64,000 nt of DNA from Bacteroidaceae bacterium (GTDB taxonomy: Bacteria; Pseudomonadota; Gammaproteobacteria; Burkholderiales; Burkholderiaceae_F), in NCBI GenBank assembly GCA_963652725.1, contig CAVJUW010000003.1:403-64402 (forward strand), read 5' to 3'. A program made the translations under genes and the position numbers. The notes beneath the pieces are model-generated. The model saw nothing but the letters and a program-made list of their open reading frames with translations. It ran no database searches and was not told the origin of the DNA. Positions 48,879 through 58,448 of this stretch are shown one piece after another. Within the stretch, counting starts at the first letter, position 1. Each line of letters begins with the position of its first letter.

Positions 48879-50204
48879 ATGCTTTATATCGGAATTGCCC
48901 TTGTCATTTTGACATTCTGGCTCATATATAAAAACTACGAGGCTCGCCTGGTTTTGTTTCTCTCAGGCGTTGTTATGACTTTAATCGGCGTTACCTTCGG
49001 AGGATCAAGTGTTGGTCTCTCGGATGCCGTTAATGCCTTCGTTAAGCAGTTTGTCAATGGCGGCCTCGTGCCAACATTTACTACCGTGATGGGCTTTGGC
49101 TACGTCATGAGTTATACAAAATGCGCTGACCATCTCGTTAACGCTCTCGTGCGCCCCTTATCGAAAGTGCCTTTGCTTGTTATCCCAGGCGCGGTCATCA
49201 TCACATGGTTTCTCAATATCGTTTTACCGTCTGCGGTTGGAATTGCAGCCGCTGTTGGTGTCTTACTGATTCCGGCTTTAATCGCATTAAAGGTTCGCCC
49301 TGTTATGGCAGCTGCCGCCGTGTTTCTTGGCACATGGGGTTCTGTCGCAAGTCCTGGCCTGATGTTTAACCCACAGGTAGCTGACATTGCCTACAAAGCA
49401 GGCGAAATCCCGTCACCAGACGCAATGATTGTCATCATGGCCGAATTCATGCCTGCGCTTGCAGGAGCCATCGTCAGTGCCATCCTTCTTGCAATCCTTG
49501 CTGTCTTTATGAAAGAAGGCGTTGGAAGCCAGACTGAGGTCAATGCAACAGAAACTAGCGAGAAAGCCGAGGAATTAAAAATCAATTATTTCTATGCGCT
49601 TGTCCCGATTCTTCCGCTTTTCTTACTTGTCATTGCCTCCAAGCAAATCGGTTGGTTACCAAACAAAGTCTTTACCGTTCCCTGCTGCATGTTAATTGGC
49701 ACAGGTGTCGGCCTTGTCATTGGCCTTATCAATCACTTAAAAGCCGGAGACATCTCTAAGAAATTCTGCCGCGGTTGCGGTGATGCCTTCTGCGATGTGG
49801 CCTGCCTTATTGCTGCCGCCGCTGTGTTTGCTTCTGGTATGAAGTCCATTGGTCTAACGGGAACTCTTGTCGATGCGATGAAGGGCTCTCAATCCATCGC
49901 TATGGCTTCCGCCGTTGTTGGCCCGTGGCTTATGGCTCTTGTTTGCGGATCGGGTAACGCGGCCGCTCTTGCCTTTAACGAAGTAATCACGCCGCATGCT
50001 GCTGATTTTGGTATGACTGTTGTGCAGCTCGGCGCTGTGGCTCAAGTCGCCGCGGGTCTCGGTCGCACGATTTCTCCTGTTGCAGGTGGCGTCATCGTGA
50101 TTGCAAGTATCGCTGGCGTAAATCCGATGGATATTTGTAAGCGTACCTTCATTCCCGTTTGCGCAGCGCTCGCAGTCTTTACAGCAGGAATGTATTTGTT
50201 CTAA
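48879..50204 (+). CDS. DcuC-family C4-dicarboxylate-type transporter
   Basis: About 12 TM helices, MGF.YVM..T..A.HLV, GSGNA, GRTISPVAG. Confidence 0.85.
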   Translation: MLYIGIALVILTFWLIYKNYEARLVLFLSGVVMTLIGVTFGGSSVGLSDAVNAFVKQFVNGGLVPTFTTVMGFGYVMSYTKCADHLVNALVRPLSKVPLLVIPGAVIITWFLNIVLPSAVGIAAAVGVLLIPALIALKVRPVMAAAAVFLGTWGSVASPGLMFNPQVADIAYKAGEIPSPDAMIVIMAEFMPALAGAIVSAILLAILAVFMKEGVGSQTEVNATETSEKAEELKINYFYALVPILPLFLLVIASKQIGWLPNKVFTVPCCMLIGTGVGLVIGLINHLKAGDISKKFCRGCGDAFCDVACLIAAAAVFASGMKSIGLTGTLVDAMKGSQSIAMASAVVGPWLMALVCGSGNAAALAFNEVITPHAADFGMTVVQLGAVAQVAAGLGRTISPVAGGVIVIASIAGVNPMDICKRTFIPVCAALAVFTAGMYLF

Positions 50205-50224
50205 CGAAATTCAAATCCCCCTCT

Positions 50225-50268
50225 AAGACATTCCCCGTTAGCGACAAAGCTAGCGGGGATTGTCTTTA
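50225..50268. terminator. Hairpin between the convergent DcuC and rubredoxin genes
   Basis: AAGACATTCCCCGTTAGC-GACAAA-GCTAGCGGGGATTGTCTT. Confidence 0.7.
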
Positions 50269-50299
50269 AGAAATCTTGGAGAAATTAAAGAAGCGTTCT

Positions 50300-50548
50300 T
50301 TATTGCGCTTCTTCTTCAGGGCACACAATAAATGAGGAAAGAGGATTGCCGCACTCAGGGCAAACAAAAGCCTCTGGTAAGTCGTTAAAGGAAGTTCCTG
50401 GCGCAATATCCATTTCTTCGCATCCGACTTCGGGGTCGTAGACATACCAGCAGACCTTGCACTGCATCTTGGTCTTTGGGCCCACTCGACTGCGATTTAG
50501 TTGATCGAGCAATAAATCAATACGCCCAGCAGGAATCTCGTTTGTCAT
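50300..50548 (-). CDS. hoxR: Hydrogenase-associated rubredoxin (HoxR/HupI-like)
   Basis: CKVCWYVYDP...CPEC; last gene of the hydrogenase block. Confidence 0.85.
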   Translation of the reverse strand: MTNEIPAGRIDLLLDQLNRSRVGPKTKMQCKVCWYVYDPEVGCEEMDIAPGTSFNDLPEAFVCPECGNPLSSFIVCPEEEAQ

Positions 50549-50553
50549 AGCGC

Positions 50554-51363
50554 TTAAAGCACTCCACGTGCCAAATCGCTTTCAAGCCACTCGATTAACT
50601 CATCGCACTCGTGCACAGTGTCTGCGAACTCATCGGGGCTCACAGGAACCTCGGGCGGCAAAAGCGTCACCACAAAACTATCCAAAAGCGTTTTGCCAGC
50701 TTTGTTTAAAAGTGTGCTTCTCCAAATGCCGCAATACTTTGTGCTTTGCATGCGGGCATTGGCAAATCCCGTAAGCCAAATTTCTGTCGTTCCAGAACCA
50801 AGATTTGACTTAAGCCACGCCATGTCCTCTTTTTCAATGGGCTGCCGTGTGAGTTCGACCATGTGCGGCGGATTAAAGTCGAGAACTTCTAAATTCGCCT
50901 CTTTTTGTGCAGCGGCTAACTCTTCGAGAATTGCAGGAGAAGAAAAAAGTCCTTCGGGCTTTTCTGTCGGAATTTCAAGAGAACGTTTTCCTTCTTTAAT
51001 CGCTCCTAACACTTCGTTGGGGATAGAGGCTAAAACGAACTTTTGCTTTTCATTTTCTTGTACGCGCCAAAGTCCTGTGACCGAGGTTTCTTCAACACGA
51101 AGTGCACCATTATCTGCGGAGATTCTCACCTCTCCTGAGGCAAGAGTGGCGATAATAAAATCCAAATGCTTCGCATCAAAAGAATCAAAGGAAACCGTGA
51201 GTAATTCACCTAAAGCTTCAGTCTCAGAAAGCGTTGCAGCATTCTTAGCAGCGTCTCTTACTTTCTTTAAAAAAGAAAGCGTTTCTTTCGCTGCTGCATG
51301 TTCTGTTTCTTTATCTAGATTAACGTTTTCCCAACGTGAAGCCTCTGTAAATCCTTTACTCAT
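50554..51363 (-). CDS. hoxQ: Hydrogenase expression/formation protein (HoxQ/HupH/HyaF-like)
   Basis: Two internal repeats (LASGEVRI...EET.V.GLWRV and LGSGTTEI...ST...GIWR); position in cluster. Confidence 0.75.
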   Translation of the reverse strand: MSKGFTEASRWENVNLDKETEHAAAKETLSFLKKVRDAAKNAATLSETEALGELLTVSFDSFDAKHLDFIIATLASGEVRISADNGALRVEETSVTGLWRVQENEKQKFVLASIPNEVLGAIKEGKRSLEIPTEKPEGLFSSPAILEELAAAQKEANLEVLDFNPPHMVELTRQPIEKEDMAWLKSNLGSGTTEIWLTGFANARMQSTKYCGIWRSTLLNKAGKTLLDSFVVTLLPPEVPVSPDEFADTVHECDELIEWLESDLARGVL

Positions 51364-51384
51364 CTTTCACTCACTTATCTTTTT

Positions 51385-51870
51385 TTAATCAGAACAACTC
51401 GATTCTTTTGTGGCGTTAACGAAGGTAACGCGCCTTGTAGGAGCCTTTTCCCTTAGAACGATTTCGCTTAATTCTGCGCAGTACGTATTCCAGTCTTTTA
51501 GGCCTTGAACGGCTCCGAGATACACATCATCTCGAAAGAGCGCCACAGCCGGTAGCCCCGTAATCCCATAGCGGCTTGCCATGGCGCGAGACTTCACAAA
51601 TGGTGTAAAGATTGTTTTAACTAACGTCCCTGCGAAGGCCCTCTTTAATTCGGGCGCGATAACAGCAATATCGAGTGTGACGCGTTTAGCGTTGGGGTCT
51701 TCAGAAAAGATTGCCATCTTAAAGCCTTCGACTTTTAAGAAGGCATCCCACTTATCTTCCCCTAACCACTCAAAGCCTTCCTTTTCAAATAGGCGGCAAA
51801 AGACGGGGTGCTTTGCGGCATCGATTTGGCCGGCTTCACGCGTGATGTCATTGATCTTACCGACTGGCAT
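51385..51870 (-). CDS. hoxO: Thioredoxin-like hydrogenase chaperone (HoxO/HupG/HyaE-like)
   Basis: DP......D.AVI.PEL, PAVALFR...YLG...GL..W. Confidence 0.8.
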   Translation of the reverse strand: MPVGKINDITREAGQIDAAKHPVFCRLFEKEGFEWLGEDKWDAFLKVEGFKMAIFSEDPNAKRVTLDIAVIAPELKRAFAGTLVKTIFTPFVKSRAMASRYGITGLPAVALFRDDVYLGAVQGLKDWNTYCAELSEIVLREKAPTRRVTFVNATKESSCSD

Positions 51871-52204
51871 GATTTTTCTTCTCTAATTCTTTTTTAAGGT
51901 GTTCGGGAAGCTGCCCGGGGTTTTCGATTAAGTCAGCAAATCCGGCTTCAATCGTCGATTCATTCGCCTCGCCGTCCATGGCATCGGCTAACACGCCTAA
52001 AGCAGCACGAATCTTTTCTGCCTCTTGAGCGCCGAGAAGTCTAACGGCATTTCCTCGGAAATAAAGAATCGTGTCTCCGACTTGCGCCTCGGGTGTTAAA
52101 GACAAATCCACCGTAAGACGTCGCCCGGCGTGTTCAATCACACCCACAGGGCCCGTTGCAGACTCTTTTCTTTCTAAAACGACTTCAGGAGTGGCAATAC
52201 ACAT
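51857..52204 (-). CDS. hoxL: HypC-family chaperone (HoxL/HupF-like)
   Basis: MCIA.P start, FADL.....QLPEHL C-terminus. Confidence 0.8.
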   Translation of the reverse strand: MCIATPEVVLERKESATGPVGVIEHAGRRLTVDLSLTPEAQVGDTILYFRGNAVRLLGAQEAEKIRAALGVLADAMDGEANESTIEAGFADLIENPGQLPEHLKKELEKKNHASR

Positions 52205-52210
52205 TTCTTT

Positions 52211-52819
52211 TTACTCCTTTTTAGGCATGAAGCGAATATCGCCTTCGCGAGGCGCCTCTTCTTCGCTCGGGCGTCCACTTTCGTAGGCCGTAACCGACAA
52301 CGCATCCATTGTAAGTGGCGTTGCCTTCTCGCCTGCTTCTCGTTTTTCTACAGGCAATCCCCAGCGCTTCAATTCTTCGGCCGCTAATTGCACCGCCTCA
52401 TCAACGCGTGCCCTCACTACGTCGGTAAGACTTCCGCCATAGTCTTCTAATTCATTGGGCTGTACGCCGATTACAGTGATTGCTTCAGGTTCGTAACCCA
52501 TCAATGTGGCTTTCGCGAGCACATCGTTCATCCCTGTCTGATGCGCTGACAATTTTGTGCTTGACCACAAGCGAATCTCATCGTCACGCAGCACGCGAAG
52601 CGTCCCAGGAGCGGCCTTTAACTCAGCGCAATCGAGAATTAAAAGGCGCTTGGCGTCCATCACGGAATTGATAAGATAGGCTCCTAACGTGCCGCCATCT
52701 AAAACTTCTACGTCACTTCGATCGCCATAGGCCTCATGAAAGGCTTCAACGGCTCTGACGCCAAAACCTTCATCTGCCCAAAGGATATTTCCTAAACCTA
52801 ATACCAAAGCTTCATGCAT
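52211..52819 (-). CDS. hoxM: Hydrogenase maturation endopeptidase (HoxM/HupD/HyaD)
   Basis: LGLGNILWADEGFGVRAVE, DGGT.G, SAHQ, DYGGSL; ATG 52819 preferred. Confidence 0.9.
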   Translation of the reverse strand: MHEALVLGLGNILWADEGFGVRAVEAFHEAYGDRSDVEVLDGGTLGAYLINSVMDAKRLLILDCAELKAAPGTLRVLRDDEIRLWSSTKLSAHQTGMNDVLAKATLMGYEPEAITVIGVQPNELEDYGGSLTDVVRARVDEAVQLAAEELKRWGLPVEKREAGEKATPLTMDALSVTAYESGRPSEEEAPREGDIRFMPKKE

Positions 52820-52871
52820 CGCTTTTTGCCCCTTTTTTCTCGTGGCGTAAGAATTCTTTAGCCCTTTATTC

Positions 52872-52909
52872 AAAACTCCCGAAATCCGTTACCGGCTCTC
52901 GGGAGTTTT
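52872..52909 (-). terminator. Hairpin between the structural genes and the maturation genes
   Basis: AAAACTCCCGA...TCGGGAGTTTT inverted repeat with flanking A/T runs. Confidence 0.6.
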
Positions 52910-52941
52910 TCTTGTACTTCTAGGGTCTAATCCAACTCGTC

Positions 52942-53661
52942 TTACTCTTCGTGAGCGGTTTCTTTAAACATTCTCAAGCCGCTACCCATCGAAGAAAGTG
53001 TCGTGACTCCACCCATGACGTCTTCACGAATGGCCATGTAGCAGTGCGCCACACAGAACATTAAGAACACATAGGTCATCACGTGGTGCAATGTACGAAC
53101 ACACTGCGCATCTCCTAAGAGATCAAAGACCCAGCCGAAAAAGAACATCCAGCCTGTATCCCAACCCCAGGCTTGAGCATAAAGCGCAAAGCCTGTGATG
53201 ATGACAACAATGCTACCGAGCACAAACATCGAGAACATCGCCAATTGTGCCAAGGGGTTGTGACCAGCGTATTCGGGGGGCTCTTTGACTAAAAAGAGAT
53301 AGTAACCAGCCTGAATAAAGACTCGCTTCCACCACTTCAAACTATAGAAGGGCGGGAAGAAAATCATTCTTGCATAGCGGTTACCCGGGATGAGCCAATA
53401 CACACGCCCGATAAAGAGCGCTGTAAAGACCATACCAGCAATGTAATGGATCAAACGAACATAACCGAATCCATAAACAGACCACGTATCTAGGCTTCCG
53501 AACGTAATCGGATCGCCAATTAAGAGACCCGTTCCGATCAGAATCACCATAGAGATGGCCATCAGCCAGTGCCATAGACGAACGGGAACTTCCCAAACGT
53601 AAATGGACTTAAATGGTCGGCCGTCGCTTTTAATTTCGAATGTGACGGGATCGATAACCAT
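52942..53661 (-). CDS. hoxZ: Ni/Fe-hydrogenase b-type cytochrome subunit (HoxZ/HupC/HyaC)
   Basis: YVWEVPVRLWHW, RLIHY, GHNPLAQ, HH..., AH.Y heme-ligand histidines; four TM helices. Confidence 0.93.
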   Translation of the reverse strand: MVIDPVTFEIKSDGRPFKSIYVWEVPVRLWHWLMAISMVILIGTGLLIGDPITFGSLDTWSVYGFGYVRLIHYIAGMVFTALFIGRVYWLIPGNRYARMIFFPPFYSLKWWKRVFIQAGYYLFLVKEPPEYAGHNPLAQLAMFSMFVLGSIVVIITGFALYAQAWGWDTGWMFFFGWVFDLLGDAQCVRTLHHVMTYVFLMFCVAHCYMAIREDVMGGVTTLSSMGSGLRMFKETAHEE

Positions 53662-53681
53662 AACGATTTCCTCCCAAAGCT

Positions 53682-55451
53682 CTAGCGAACCTTAACGCTG
53701 CAGAGTTCCTCTCCTTCAGGATCGAACACATGCGATGCGCACGCTAAGCACGGATCGAAACTGTGGATCGTACGAATAATTTCGAGCGGGCGCTTCGGAT
53801 CGGCCATCGGGGTACCGATTAAGCTTGTCTCAAACGCACTCTTTTGTCCTTCGTTCGAGCGCGGCGAAGCGTTCCACGTTGTCGGAACCACAGCCTGCCA
53901 ATTCGTCAAGCGTGTATTTTCAATGCAGCACCAGTGACCTAATGCACCACGAGGAGCTTCGCAGAAGCCAACACCCTTGCAGGACTTGGGCCATGTATGC
54001 GGATCCCAGAGTTCCATATTCGCGGCGGTTTCGTCGCCAGAGCGGATGTTATCAACGAGGTCATTGACGTACTGAACCATCTTATGCGCACTCCACTGGC
54101 ACTCAAGAGCGCGAGCCGCATGGCGACCCAATGTTGAGTAGACAGCTTCGAGCGGAAGATTGAGTTCCTTTAAGAGATCAAGCGCAGGTTCCTTAAAGTG
54201 CTTCACATCCTTAGCAATCGAGACGATCAAGCGAGCCAGTGGGCCGACTTCCATCATATGGCCTCTCCAGCGTGGGCTCTTAACCCAAGAGTACTTGCCT
54301 TCGGAGCCAATCCAACTAAATTTCGTCTTTGTGCCCTCTGAGCCCTTCGGAAGCTCATAGGCCTGTTCTGTGATGCCATCCCACGGATGCAGCCCCGTCT
54401 TTCCAGCCGGATACTTGTACCAGGAGTGATCGACGAATTCTTGGACCTGGTTGGGATCGCGAAGGTCAACAGGATGCACGTCGCTTAATTTGCCATCGAT
54501 GATGGCGCCAGCGGGCATCTGTAAGCTCTTATCGGACCAGTCGTTAGCGACTTCGGGGAAGTCACCGTAGCAAAGAACGTTCTTGCTGACTAAGCCGCCG
54601 CCATACTTAAACCACTCAGGATAGAAGGAAGCGATAGCCTTAATATCTGGCAAGTACACATTTTCAACGAATTCAACGGACTGCTGAGCGATATCGCGCA
54701 TGTAGTTCATCGTCACTTCGTTGATCATCGTGCCAGCAGCACCAGAGCCGTGCATGTTAATCGGGCAAGCCACGCCGCCGACAAGATAGTTCGGGTGCGG
54801 GTTCTTACCACCTAAAATCGTGTGAATCTTGATGATTTCACGCTGGAAGTCAAGAGCTTCCAAATAGTGCGCTGTGGCCAAAAGGTTCACGGCGCTCGGT
54901 AACTTCATCGCAGGATGACCCCAATAGCCATTAGCGAAAATGCCCAACTGGCCACTGGCGACAAACTTCTTTAAGCGATTTTGCACATCGCGGAAATAGC
55001 CCGGGCTCGCAAGCGGATGATGCGGGCTAATCTTTTGCTGCAATGCAGCCACTTCACGGGGATCGGCGTTTAAGCCATCGACCACATCAACCCAGTCCAA
55101 AGCCGAGAGTTGATAGAAGTGCACAATATGGTCTTGCGTATAAAGCGTTGCATTCATCAAGTTGCGGATGATGTTGGCGTTCTTCGGAATCTTGATTCCG
55201 ATTGCGTCTTCAACAGCACGAACAGCTGCCAAAGCGTGAATGCCTGTGCAAACGCCGCAAATACGTTCAACGAAAGCCCACGCATCGCGCGGATCGCGGC
55301 CTTTCAAAATCACTTCTAAGCCACGCCACATCGTGCCTGTGCTTGTTGCATCGGCAATGACGTTATTTTTATCCAAAGTCGCCTGAACGCGCAGATGACC
55401 TTCAATTCGTGTTACAGGGTCCACAACAACCCGACGTTCTGTCGCTGCCAT
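53682..55451 (-). CDS. hoxG: Membrane-bound [NiFe] hydrogenase large subunit (HoxG/HupL/HyaB)
   Basis: DPVTRIEGH, L1 ERICGVC, GKNPHPN, EAPRG, L2 DPCLACASH plus 15-aa cleavable tail. Confidence 0.97.
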   Translation of the reverse strand: MAATERRVVVDPVTRIEGHLRVQATLDKNNVIADATSTGTMWRGLEVILKGRDPRDAWAFVERICGVCTGIHALAAVRAVEDAIGIKIPKNANIIRNLMNATLYTQDHIVHFYQLSALDWVDVVDGLNADPREVAALQQKISPHHPLASPGYFRDVQNRLKKFVASGQLGIFANGYWGHPAMKLPSAVNLLATAHYLEALDFQREIIKIHTILGGKNPHPNYLVGGVACPINMHGSGAAGTMINEVTMNYMRDIAQQSVEFVENVYLPDIKAIASFYPEWFKYGGGLVSKNVLCYGDFPEVANDWSDKSLQMPAGAIIDGKLSDVHPVDLRDPNQVQEFVDHSWYKYPAGKTGLHPWDGITEQAYELPKGSEGTKTKFSWIGSEGKYSWVKSPRWRGHMMEVGPLARLIVSIAKDVKHFKEPALDLLKELNLPLEAVYSTLGRHAARALECQWSAHKMVQYVNDLVDNIRSGDETAANMELWDPHTWPKSCKGVGFCEAPRGALGHWCCIENTRLTNWQAVVPTTWNASPRSNEGQKSAFETSLIGTPMADPKRPLEIIRTIHSFDPCLACASHVFDPEGEELCSVKVR

Positions 55452-55454
55452 TGC

Positions 55455-56552
55455 TTAGTCCTCCTTGCCGATAGCGCGGTTATTCTTCTTCGCGCGAACT
55501 TGCGCGACAGCACTCAATGCGGCATGCGCAACAGCCGCAGCGCCCATAAGTCCAATCGTGGCTAAACCGACCTTGTCGGCTGTGGCCTCAATTCCACCCA
55601 AACCTGGCGGCAGAATCGTTGTCTCATGCGAGTAGAAAGAACCCTTATCGAAGAAGTTCGGTTCTGAGCATCCGATGCAACCGTGGCCCGACTTAACCGG
55701 CCAAGAAAGCCCTTCGTTCCACTCGATTGACGAGCAGGCGTTGTAAGAGGTTGGCCCCTTGCAGCCGACTTTGTATAAGCAGTAGCCGAGTTTCGCGGCT
55801 TCGTCATCGAACTTCTCAACAAACTGACCGGCATCAAAGTGAGCGCGGCGATAGCACTTATCGTGAATACGCTGACCGTAGAACATCTTCGGACGTCCAA
55901 GACGATCTAATGGCGGGATGCGGTCGTATGTGAGGATGTATGTGACAACGGCGGTCATCACTTCAGGAATCGGTGGGCAGCCAGGAACAAGCACGATGGG
56001 CTTATTCAAAATCACATCGGTAATAGGAACCGATTTGGAAGGATTCGGTTTAGCAGCCTGCACGCAACCCCAAGCCGCGCACGAACCCCAACCGATAACG
56101 GCCTTGGCGTGAGCGCACACGTGCTTAATCTTCTCAAGGAAGGTTTCCCCGCCTGGGATGCAGTTAATACCATCGTCATTTAATGGGACGTTACCTTCGA
56201 CAGCGACGATGTAATTGTCTTTATATTTTTCCATCGTCTCGGCAAGAGCCGCTTCTGCCTGCTCGCCTGCGGCGGCCATAATCGTATCGTCATAATCCAA
56301 TGAAATCATGGACAAAACGAGGTCTTTGGCCACAGGGTGATAGGAACGAATGAATGATTCCGTGCAGCATGTGCACTCTAAACCGTGAAGCCAAATGACA
56401 GGCATTCTGGGCTTGGTCTGCACCGCATGAGCGATGTCTTTAGCACCAGCGCTACCCAATCCAAGGCTTGCGGCTGTGAGCGAGCAAAATTGCAAAAAGC
56501 TGCGACGACTTATCCCCTGACGGCGCAGGGCTTGATATTGCGTCTCTTGCAT
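55455..56552 (-). CDS. hoxK: Membrane-bound [NiFe] hydrogenase small subunit (HoxK/HupS/HyaA)
   Basis: Tat signal [28 protein letters not shown]-terminal TM anchor; ATG 56552 after AAGGAG. Confidence 0.97.
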   Translation of the reverse strand: MQETQYQALRRQGISRRSFLQFCSLTAASLGLGSAGAKDIAHAVQTKPRMPVIWLHGLECTCCTESFIRSYHPVAKDLVLSMISLDYDDTIMAAAGEQAEAALAETMEKYKDNYIVAVEGNVPLNDDGINCIPGGETFLEKIKHVCAHAKAVIGWGSCAAWGCVQAAKPNPSKSVPITDVILNKPIVLVPGCPPIPEVMTAVVTYILTYDRIPPLDRLGRPKMFYGQRIHDKCYRRAHFDAGQFVEKFDDEAAKLGYCLYKVGCKGPTSYNACSSIEWNEGLSWPVKSGHGCIGCSEPNFFDKGSFYSHETTILPPGLGGIEATADKVGLATIGLMGAAAVAHAALSAVAQVRAKKNNRAIGKED

Positions 56553-56862
56553 GAGGGACTCCTTGCTTGTAAAACCAATAAGATAGCCGCACCTTCTCGC
56601 TACCTGAATACCAGATAGCAAGAAAAAATAAAATGATGCGTTCTTAGTCGTTCATTTTAATCAGAAATTTCCGTTTTACCTCAGTCAAAAGGAGTAGCGC
56701 CTATACGCAATTTGAAAGTTGAAAAATCGTGCTAACCCACTCTAGATAAAGGCGTTTTTTCCAAAAGATGCCATCTCAAAAGAAATACTGACTTTCCTTT
56801 GCGCTTTCCTCTATAGTTCGCAGAGACAAATGCGACTATTTTTGCGCTCTGTAAGGAAAGCC

Positions 56863-57435
56863 ATGCTACGCATTCACACCGAAACACCAGCTCAATTTTT
56901 TGCCGACGGGTTTACGCACATTGCGAAAACACGGATGGCAGGGTTGCCGATTTGCCGAACTGACATTACGGTTGAGGCTCTGGAATTTCAGAAATTCGGC
57001 AAGCACTGGTTAGGCGTTGTTGTAACGCCTTGGTCGATTTTGGTCATCTTGGCCTGTGGAGACAAAGAGAGTTGGCCAGCAACGCCAGCGGGCGTTGTTC
57101 GGGATATCACGCTTCCTGCGGGAGACTTTAGTTTTCTCGGAATCGATGACCCTGAGCTAGGCGAATATCTGGCCTGTAGCCTGATGAGCCCATTAGACAA
57201 GATTCCCGATCAGCCATCGGCGAAGGCTGTAGCGATCAGTGCGTTACGCTTGATGCTACGAAGCGACCTACCTAAGCCCGTTGAAGAGCCAGGAACCCCA
57301 TTAACTAAGCGCATCGTCCCGATTCGCTCCGAAAGTGCCCCTGCAGAAAAAACGCCCCTAGGAGAGGCTCTTGAAGAGGCAGAAGAGAAGACAACCCAAA
57401 GCCGTCGCGCCTTCTTTACGAGGTATTGGAAGTGA
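56863..57435 (+). CDS. hoxT: HybE/HoxT/HupJ-family hydrogenase chaperone
   Basis: RMAGLP, GVVVTPW, LPAG, CSLMSP, C-terminal SRRAF; ATG after AAGGA. Confidence 0.85.
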   Translation: MLRIHTETPAQFFADGFTHIAKTRMAGLPICRTDITVEALEFQKFGKHWLGVVVTPWSILVILACGDKESWPATPAGVVRDITLPAGDFSFLGIDDPELGEYLACSLMSPLDKIPDQPSAKAVAISALRLMLRSDLPKPVEEPGTPLTKRIVPIRSESAPAEKTPLGEALEEAEEKTTQSRRAFFTRYWK

Positions 57436-58448
57436 GCCAGAGCGAAACCCAAATCACATTAACTCTTTCGGAAAAAGGCGCCACGCTTAAAAATGAGCGA
57501 AACGCCCATTTCCCTCAGATGCTTCGCAACCGCGATGCCTCAGAGATTATTAATCTCATGGGCTCGGTCTATGCGCTTTGCCCAGCCGCGCACATCAGTG
57601 CCTTTTCTGGTGCCTTTGAAAGTGCCCAATCCTCTCTTGCCACAGAAAGCATTGCCCTTCTAGCAAGACTCGAAGCCATTATTGAAACCGTGCGGTTTTT
57701 CTCGATGGATTTAAGAAAGATTTTGGGGCTAGGGGCCGCAGACAAAACCTTAATTGCTGAGCTCGCTAAAGTTAGAGCCCGCCTTTCTGCAAGCCTTCTT
57801 GGGCAAACCGACACGGCGCTGATGAATGACACAACCGCTCTTGCTTGCCACTGGTTAACAAGCGAGAAAGATTTTTTTGCCACTCTTTCTGATAGAGCGC
57901 GCGAAGTCGAGCAATATACCTTTAGTTCAGAAGCATTGTTAGAGGCCTCCGAACTCTCTGACCCGCATGCCTTAGGCGCTTTGGCGCTAACACTGAAAGA
58001 CTGCCCGCCTTTTGCCCTCGCTCCTCGCTTAGGACGAGCGCGCGTTTTAGGCGCGATTGCCCGAGGCCCAAAGCGCGCCAAAAAGAGCCTTATTACCATC
58101 GAAGAAGTCTTTAAGGCGCGTATTTCTGAAATTGAGGCCTTTGTTGGAGGAAAAGCCACCACGATTGGAAGCCTTCACACGGTCCCACTAGGAACTCATG
58201 AGGCAGCCTCCTATGTTGAAACCGCACGTGGCCTCCTACTTTACTTTGTACATCGCAACAGAAATAGCCCGACCTGGATCGAATGGATTGCCCCCACAGA
58301 ATGGGTCTTTCAGGAAAGAAGCGTCTTAACCGATTTAGCGCATGAAGCGTTTCTCTCGGGAGCGACGAATGCGCAGATTGCTTTAATCGCCGCGGCATTT
58401 GATGCCTGTGCCGATGTCACGATTGCCCGCGAGGTGCCCAATGCATGA
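57432..58448 (+). CDS. hoxV: HoxV/HupK-like scaffold protein
   Basis: LCPAAH, VETARGLL, APTEW.F, FDAC (degenerate large-subunit motifs); GTGA overlap with hoxT. Confidence 0.75.
   Translation: MSQSETQITLTLSEKGATLKNERNAHFPQMLRNRDASEIINLMGSVYALCPAAHISAFSGAFESAQSSLATESIALLARLEAIIETVRFFSMDLRKILGLGAADKTLIAELAKVRARLSASLLGQTDTALMNDTTALACHWLTSEKDFFATLSDRAREVEQYTFSSEALLEASELSDPHALGALALTLKDCPPFALAPRLGRARVLGAIARGPKRAKKSLITIEEVFKARISEIEAFVGGKATTIGSLHTVPLGTHEAASYVETARGLLLYFVHRNRNSPTWIEWIAPTEWVFQERSVLTDLAHEAFLSGATNAQIALIAAAFDACADVTIAREVPNA

Noticed and set aside
50618..51388. 256-aa plus-strand ORF
   Set aside because: Antisense shadow of the hoxQ-like gene; Ser-rich, no motifs
56675..56688. FNR-like site (minus strand TTGAC-TGAG-GTAAA) upstream of hoxK
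   Set aside because: Three mismatches to TTGAT-N4-ATCAA, and the spacing to the nearest TAAAAT does not fit a class II promoter
50205..56862. Actively invertible hydrogenase segment
   Set aside because: No convincing inverted repeats between the two flanking intergenic regions and no recombinase in the window
57569..58162. 197-aa minus-strand ORF, and similar shadows at 12776-13294, 19318-19806, 38466-38984, 25647-26102
   Set aside because: Each lies antisense to a well-supported gene and has no recognisable features
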